Part shown: one piece after another, positions 59,009-64,000 of the stretch
How the letters are laid out: each line of letters starts with the position of its first letter
How positions within the stretch are numbered: the stretch's first letter is position 1
Assembly (NCBI GenBank): GCA_041744215.1
Contig: JBGTLG010000006.1
Span: 128,001-192,000 of the forward strand
Length of the DNA: 64,000 nt
Reading direction: 5' to 3'
Origin: Fimbriimonadales bacterium
GTDB lineage: Bacteria; Armatimonadota; Fimbriimonadia; Fimbriimonadales; ATM1
The notes under the pieces: model-generated
The model's database searches: none
Told to the model about the DNA's origin: nothing
What the model saw: the letters and a program-made list of their open reading frames with translations, nothing else
Translations under genes and position numbers: made by a program

Positions 59009-59970
59009 TCGGCGAGCTTCTCCTCTTCGGTGAATTCAATGTCCATTTGGAGCGCATAGATTTCGGGATTTGCGGGGGCGCGGCCACGCAGTTTAACAGC
59101 ATCCTTCTCTGTGACGATCCAAGGAGCGCCGGGTGGCAGATCTCGATCGAGCGGATCGTGGTCTGCCAGCGCAACCTCGTCGACCAAACGAGCGCCGAGT
59201 TTCCGCAAAGTCTCGAAGAACGCTCGCGGGCGGCCAATTGCGCAGAGCGCACGCAATTCTCGTCCTGCCAGCCACTCTACGGGTAGCTGTTCACCGGTTA
59301 GAGACACGAGACCCGTGAATACCCGGCGCAAGCGGAACGCCGCCATGTCATAAGGCGGATCTCCGTCGTCGCCGATCAGCACGGCGGTTGCACGTTTCGC
59401 GCCGAGCGTCGGCTCGCGCATCGGCCCGGCTGGAAGGCACCGCCGATTTGGACCGTCGGGGTCCCATAGCAGAAGGTCGGCGACTCTGCCGAGCGGCAGG
59501 TGCTGGAACCCGTCATCCAGGACAAGCGCGCCGAGCCCTTCTTTCTCCGCGATCTGTGCGGCAAGCACACGCCTCCTGCCCACGATCAGCGGAAGGTCCG
59601 GGAGCTTCGAGCGGATCAGCGAGGGCTCGTCTCCCCACTCGCGGGGCGAGAGCGGGCCCGCGGGCGCAAGCTGCGCGGCTTGGGCAGCAGGGCTGCCGTA
59701 GCCACTGGCGCTGACTCCGACCCTAACGCCTTCGCGTTCGAAGAGGCGCGCGATCGCGATCGCACAAGGGGTTTTGCCGAGCCCGCCGACCTCCAGGTTT
59801 CCGACCCCAATGACAGGGATCGATGGGGAGAATCGCTTCTTCAGGCCGAGAGCGTAAACGCTCGAATATGTGAGCCAGCCGAGCGCATAGAGGTAGGAAA
59901 CGGGCAGCAGCGCTGCGGAGAGCGCGCGGTCCGTCGGAGTCCGCAATTCCCACACGCGCTGCAATACCAC
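58981..59970 (-). CDS. lpxK: Tetraacyldisaccharide 4'-kinase
   Basis: VGNL.VGG.GKTP, GYG, GDEP, LDDGFQH, LPAGPMRE, DH, TEKDAVK. Confidence 0.95.
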   Translation of the reverse strand: MVLQRVWELRTPTDRALSAALLPVSYLYALGWLTYSSVYALGLKKRFSPSIPVIGVGNLEVGGLGKTPCAIAIARLFEREGVRVGVSASGYGSPAAQAAQLAPAGPLSPREWGDEPSLIRSKLPDLPLIVGRRRVLAAQIAEKEGLGALVLDDGFQHLPLGRVADLLLWDPDGPNRRCLPAGPMREPTLGAKRATAVLIGDDGDPPYDMAAFRLRRVFTGLVSLTGEQLPVEWLAGRELRALCAIGRPRAFFETLRKLGARLVDEVALADHDPLDRDLPPGAPWIVTEKDAVKLRGRAPANPEIYALQMDIEFTEEEKLAEWLRKLVGA

Positions 59971-60008
59971 GCCCGATTATGACGTCGGGTACAGTTGCGC
60001 CCGTTCTC

Positions 60009-60083
60009 GAGCCGGTAGCTCAGCGGTAGAGCAACGGCCTTTTAAGCCGTGGGTCGAGGGTTCGATCCCCTCCCGGCTCACCA
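60009..60083 (+). tRNA. tRNA-Lys (TTT)
   Basis: Acceptor GAGCCGG/CCGGCTC, D-arm GCTCAGCGGTAGAGC, anticodon loop CTTTTAA, GGTTCGATCCC, CCA. Confidence 0.96.
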
Positions 60084-61094
60084 TTCTCTCGGAAGTCTTC
60101 CTTCTGCGAACAAGACCGGGAAACCGCCGGTGTGCCAAAAAAGCGTGCGGCCTGGCAGTTCGCCGGCACGTGCCAAGCCCAGCAGGCCCGCGAAAGCTTT
60201 TCCGGTGTAAACCGGATCGAGGAAGATTCCTTCGGTGTCGATCAGCGTTTGCATCGCGTCTTGTGTTTCTTTCGACGGGACTTGGTATCCGCCGCCGCAG
60301 TAGTCGGTCGTCAGCCAAAAGTCCTCGGGCTTAAGGTCTAGCGATTCGCCGAGGAGATCGTCGAGGCCCTTGGCGAGGGCGGCGAAGTCGTCGACCATCT
60401 CTGGTTCATCGTCGGTGCAGATGCCGAGCATTCGCGTTTTCAATCTTTTCAATCGACCGCCATAGGTCAATCCGGTTTGCGTTCCGCCGGAACCGCTGCC
60501 GAAAACGATTTGGTCGAACTCGGGTTGCTGTTCGCCGATTTCATCGAGGGCGGCGATGAAACCTTGCGCGCCGACGGGCGTGCTTCCGCCGCCAGGGATC
60601 GAGAAGACGCTGCGGCCTTTTGCTCTCAGATCGTCGGCGATCTTTTGGGCTTCGACTTCGACCTGATCGAAGGTCATGTCGGGCAGGAGGTGAACCTTCG
60701 CTTGCGTCCATTTGTTGAGCACGGCGTTTCCTGTCCACTGGTTTGCATCGGGCCAGTTTTGCGGGCGGGTTTTGCGCGCTTCGTCGGGATACGGCCACAT
60801 CGCGGCGGCGGCGTGGAACTCGATTCCGTGGATTCGGGCGGCGGCGGCGCACTGGCGGATCCAGTTGCTTTGCCACGCGCCTCGCGTGACGATTGTGTTT
60901 GCGCCTTGGCGGAGGGCTTCGGCGATTAGGAACTCGAGTTTGCGGCCTTTGTTTCCTCCGCCGGCGAATCCGGTCAGGTCGTCTCGTTTGATCCAGATGT
61001 CGGCGCGGAGCTGGTCGGAGAGGCGGTCGAGGCGGTGGAGCGGAGTTGGCGAACAGATGAGGGGGGTGCGTTCGGTCACGGGGAGAGTATGCAC
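60078..61094 (-). CDS. D-cysteine desulfhydrase-type PLP enzyme
   Basis: PTPL, KRDD, GGNK.RKLE, QSN, GSGGT..G, LDPVYTGKA, HTGG. Confidence 0.88.
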   Translation of the reverse strand: MHTLPVTERTPLICSPTPLHRLDRLSDQLRADIWIKRDDLTGFAGGGNKGRKLEFLIAEALRQGANTIVTRGAWQSNWIRQCAAAARIHGIEFHAAAAMWPYPDEARKTRPQNWPDANQWTGNAVLNKWTQAKVHLLPDMTFDQVEVEAQKIADDLRAKGRSVFSIPGGGSTPVGAQGFIAALDEIGEQQPEFDQIVFGSGSGGTQTGLTYGGRLKRLKTRMLGICTDDEPEMVDDFAALAKGLDDLLGESLDLKPEDFWLTTDYCGGGYQVPSKETQDAMQTLIDTEGIFLDPVYTGKAFAGLLGLARAGELPGRTLFWHTGGFPVLFAEGRLPREW

Positions 61095-61147
61095 GGCTAC
61101 CCGCTCCGCGATTTCATCTGGTTTGGTTGACGGTGGTGTGTTGACGG

Positions 61148-61325
61148 CTCATCGCCCTCACCAGACTCATCGGACTCACCACTGTTTATTATTGTTAACA
61201 CGTTTCGTTGAACTCAGTCGCTGGAGGGAATCTGCGGAGGGTTTGTCGGCGCGTTAGACGTTTTGATGCAAGAGCTCTGCGGGTTAAGTCTTGGGAGGGC
61301 GATAAGTCAACCTGTTGCGGCGCAA
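61148..61325 (+). repeat. ~170-bp dispersed intergenic element, copy B
   Basis: Collinear with the reverse complement of 28700-28885. Confidence 0.75.
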
Positions 61326-61516
61326 CCAATCACGCCGGCCGATCGTCGGTGCTACTTCGTGCCGTTCACGGACAGATTCTTTGGGAGCAGTGCGCTTTTG
61401 AAGTTTGCTGAAAATCTGTTCGTGGCACCCGTCGCTTACGTTACGAATTGGAAGGACTCAGGGGCAAGTCCGCGATCGTGGGCAACCGTACATCGGAGCT
61501 AATCCCACGAGACTTG

Positions 61517-62876
61517 AAGGCTGTCGCAATGGGTTTGTTTCTGAGCTGTGGCTGCGGCTCTTGCTTTGAGGGTTGAAATTCGGAGGGATTGGCGGTGTCT
61601 CAAGTCGTCGCGTGCGAAGTGTCTTCGCCTTAGATCAGCGCGTTTAGGTTGTATCCGAGAGCGATGATTCCGAGTTCGATGGCTGCGCCGGACATTCCGC
61701 GCAACACAAATCGGCGGAATCCTTGGTTTCCTTTTAGCTGCCCGAATATCCGCTCTATCGTCGGGCCGCGAAGACGAACAAGTCGTCTTCCTTCTTCTGT
61801 TTCACAGTTTTCGTTTCCAGCGAATCGCGACTCAAGCGAAACTCCGAATGGTACGAGGAAGTCCCTAGATTTTCCCTTGATTCCGCAAGCTGTTTTCATC
61901 GCACACTTCGCGCATTTCTTCACGCGAAACAATTGCGCCGGAGAGCGGCGCGAGTCCGGCTTGCTCATCTTCGTTGCAACGTGACCGGCGGGACAAACGA
62001 CCTGCCCGTTTCCATTCAGTCGAAACGGCGGACGCTTGCGATCCGATCTGGGAATGAACGGCTTGACACCCGACTCATAGACGGCTTGAGTGTTTCGCGG
62101 AGTGTCGTAACCCCTGTCGGCAACAGCTTGTTCAGGCAATTGGCCGGATTGCCTTTCGACGGCGGCCAAGACATCCGGCATCTGGTTCATGTCGTTCTCC
62201 GAGTTCGTCGCCACATAGCCCACGATCATCCCCGACTTCATATCGGCTGCCACTTGAAGGTTGTAACCGATCACCCAACGGTTTCCCGTTAGCATTGTTT
62301 TGGCCTCTTCTTCCCAAAGATCTATCTCTTCCGCTTCCCGAAGCGCTCGTTGCCACTGCGACCTGACAGCAGCCACCTTCGTTCCGTCCACCACCATCGT
62401 TTTGTGCTCCAAGATTCCTCGCCTTTTCGCTTCTTCGCACACGAGCAGGAATAAATCCTCGAGTTCGCCCTGAGTCTTGCGCCTAAAACGCGCCAAGGTC
62501 GCGTGATCCGGCTCCAACCCGTCTGAAAGATACTCGTAACGTCGGTCGAATCTGCAAGCCTCCTCCAAACGCCGCGAACTCCGCACGCCCTGCATGTAAC
62601 CGAAAAGCAACACGAGAAACAAACTGCAGGGATCGTAACTGTATCCACCCTGTTTGCTGCCCATCTCGCGCAACCGCGCACCGAGCAAATCCTCAACAAC
62701 ATGCCTCAGTCGCACGAGAGTGGGTGAGCGCTCTTGCATCGTGCGTTCTAACAGAAGCGGCTGAACGGCAGTTGATCCGGGACCGCTCAAAAAAGCAGCG
62801 ACAGATCTTCGATTGTGACGTGCCATGAAATAGAGACGAAATCACACCCAAACAAGCATCCCCGCGCGACAGCCTT
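61517..62876 (-). mobile_element. IS1182-family insertion sequence, complete (1360 bp)
   Basis: Terminal IR AAGGCTGTCGC (61517-61527 / 62866-62876) and flanking 4-bp direct repeat CTTG (61513-61516, 62877-62880). Confidence 0.88.
61630..62826 (-). CDS. IS1182-family DDE transposase
   Basis: DUF772-like YDP..L...LLFGY..GVRSSRRLE...PDHATLARFR; DGTK, GYNLQ, ADRGY, CPAG, C..C, R...IE..FG..K...GFRRF.LRG. Confidence 0.92.
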   Translation of the reverse strand: MARHNRRSVAAFLSGPGSTAVQPLLLERTMQERSPTLVRLRHVVEDLLGARLREMGSKQGGYSYDPCSLFLVLLFGYMQGVRSSRRLEEACRFDRRYEYLSDGLEPDHATLARFRRKTQGELEDLFLLVCEEAKRRGILEHKTMVVDGTKVAAVRSQWQRALREAEEIDLWEEEAKTMLTGNRWVIGYNLQVAADMKSGMIVGYVATNSENDMNQMPDVLAAVERQSGQLPEQAVADRGYDTPRNTQAVYESGVKPFIPRSDRKRPPFRLNGNGQVVCPAGHVATKMSKPDSRRSPAQLFRVKKCAKCAMKTACGIKGKSRDFLVPFGVSLESRFAGNENCETEEGRRLVRLRGPTIERIFGQLKGNQGFRRFVLRGMSGAAIELGIIALGYNLNALI

Positions 62877-63145
62877 CTTGCCCCAGCCACCCCGGCAGAG
62901 CAGTTCTCCCCAGCAGCCAGCGTCACATCGATTTAGCAACCTTAGGTGAACCAAACTACGTCTGCATGGAGCTGTCGGTTGTAAATGGGCTCACGCGTCG
63001 TCACGCGATTTGACGGTCACCCATGGCACCCAGTTTTGTACCTGATAGAATTGACTGTTCACCCCGATTGTTCTGACAGGTGCTCGTGGTATCCGCCCAC
63101 TGGCCACATGAAACTCTGTCTGGCTGCCTGGCCCATACTGCTTTC

Positions 63146-64000
63146 GTGCCTGTCAGGTTATCTCAGTGGATTGACGCCGTGTACACATCGTTCTGGTTCG
63201 TGCCCGGCATCATGCTCCTTGGCTCAATGGGTGCGGCCTGGGCGACGCTGACGATGGATCGCTCGTTTGGCGAGGCTGCTGCAGAGAGCGTTCCCATCCT
63301 GTTTACCGGCTCTCCGGCCGGCGCGCGACTGATCCTCTCGACGATTGCGGGCTCGATGATTACTGTCGCCGGCGTCGTGTTCTCAATCACGATAGTGGCC
63401 CTCGCACTTGCGAGCTCCCAATATGGCCCGAGGCTCTTGCGGGGGTACATGCAGGATCGGGCGAACCACTATGTGCTGGGGACATTTGTTAGCGCCTTCC
63501 TCTATTCGCTGCTTGTGTTGCGCTCGATACGCAGCGTGGAAGACGCGAATTTCGTGCCGCACATTTCTACCACGACCGCCGTCGGATTTGCGTTCGCTGG
63601 CATCAGCGTGCTCATCTTCTTCATCCACCACACAGCGCTCTCGATTCAGGCGAACGAAGTCATCACCAGGGTCTGGCGCCGGATTGAGTCTCGGCTGCCC
63701 AAGGCATTTCCACAGGACCTGCCGGACGACGCGTACCGTATGGATGGGTTCGAAGTCTCGCACGGCACGCAGAAGGAAATGCGAGCGGTGCCCGCTCCTC
63801 GGGACGGCTATCTTCAGGCGGTGGACGTTGATGATCTGGCTGAGTTGGCCAGGCGGAAGAATGCGCTTGTCCAGCTCGAGTACAAACCGGGCGAATTCGT
63901 GACCAAAGAACTTCCGCTCGCCATGGTTTATCCTGCGTCGGTTTTGGACGACGAAGACGTGCTGAATGACATCCTGGAGGAGTTCGCCATCGGCATCAAC
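63146..64000 (+). CDS. DUF2254 family membrane protein (3' partial)
   Basis: Translated by hand from GTG 63146: SFWFVP, AR.ILSTIAGSMITVAGVVFSITIVAL.LASSQYGPRLLR, FFIHH. Absent from the ORF track because it runs off the window end. Confidence 0.88.
   Translation, partial: MPVRLSQWIDAVYTSFWFVPGIMLLGSMGAAWATLTMDRSFGEAAAESVPILFTGSPAGARLILSTIAGSMITVAGVVFSITIVALALASSQYGPRLLRGYMQDRANHYVLGTFVSAFLYSLLVLRSIRSVEDANFVPHISTTTAVGFAFAGISVLIFFIHHTALSIQANEVITRVWRRIESRLPKAFPQDLPDDAYRMDGFEVSHGTQKEMRAVPAPRDGYLQAVDVDDLAELARRKNALVQLEYKPGEFVTKELPLAMVYPASVLDDEDVLNDILEEFAIGIN

Noticed and set aside
60078-61094. ACC deaminase (acdS) call
   Set aside because: It has DPVYTGK and HTGG rather than the Glu (DPVYEGK) and Leu (HLGG) diagnostic of true ACC deaminases.

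Overview
GC-rich bacterial chromosome segment. Gene content suggests a diderm, tentatively Armatimonadota/Fimbriimonadia-like, but that is inference only. 1-10.8 kb is an envelope block: MucB/RseB-like protein, PBP1A, PBP2, O-antigen-ligase/TPR protein, two GT2s, SH3x5-NlpC/P60 and tRNA-Glu. 10.8-28.7 kb is a patchwork accessory region: AlkD-like protein, cyclase-STAND-TPR, Mn catalase, gluQ, a frameshifted ankyrin gene, ppc, an ion channel, a truncated globin, VOC-GNAT and several repeats. 28.9-60 kb is mostly core: DsbA-RibD fusion, rsmG, pth, an M16 pair, USP, exosortase/EpsI/EPS export cluster, rsmI, lexA, acnA, tRNA-Leu, lipid A/LPS genes and tRNA-Lys. The window ends with a D-cysteine desulfhydrase-type gene, a complete IS1182-family element and a partial DUF2254 gene. 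The most unusual signals are non-coding or translational: (1) two diverged copies of a ~170-bp intergenic element 32 kb apart; (2) two ~120-bp structured direct repeats flanking the globin gene; (3) three genes whose conserved N-termini have no ATG/GTG/TTG; (4) a pervasive leaderless-promoter architecture; (5) a candidate LexA box.
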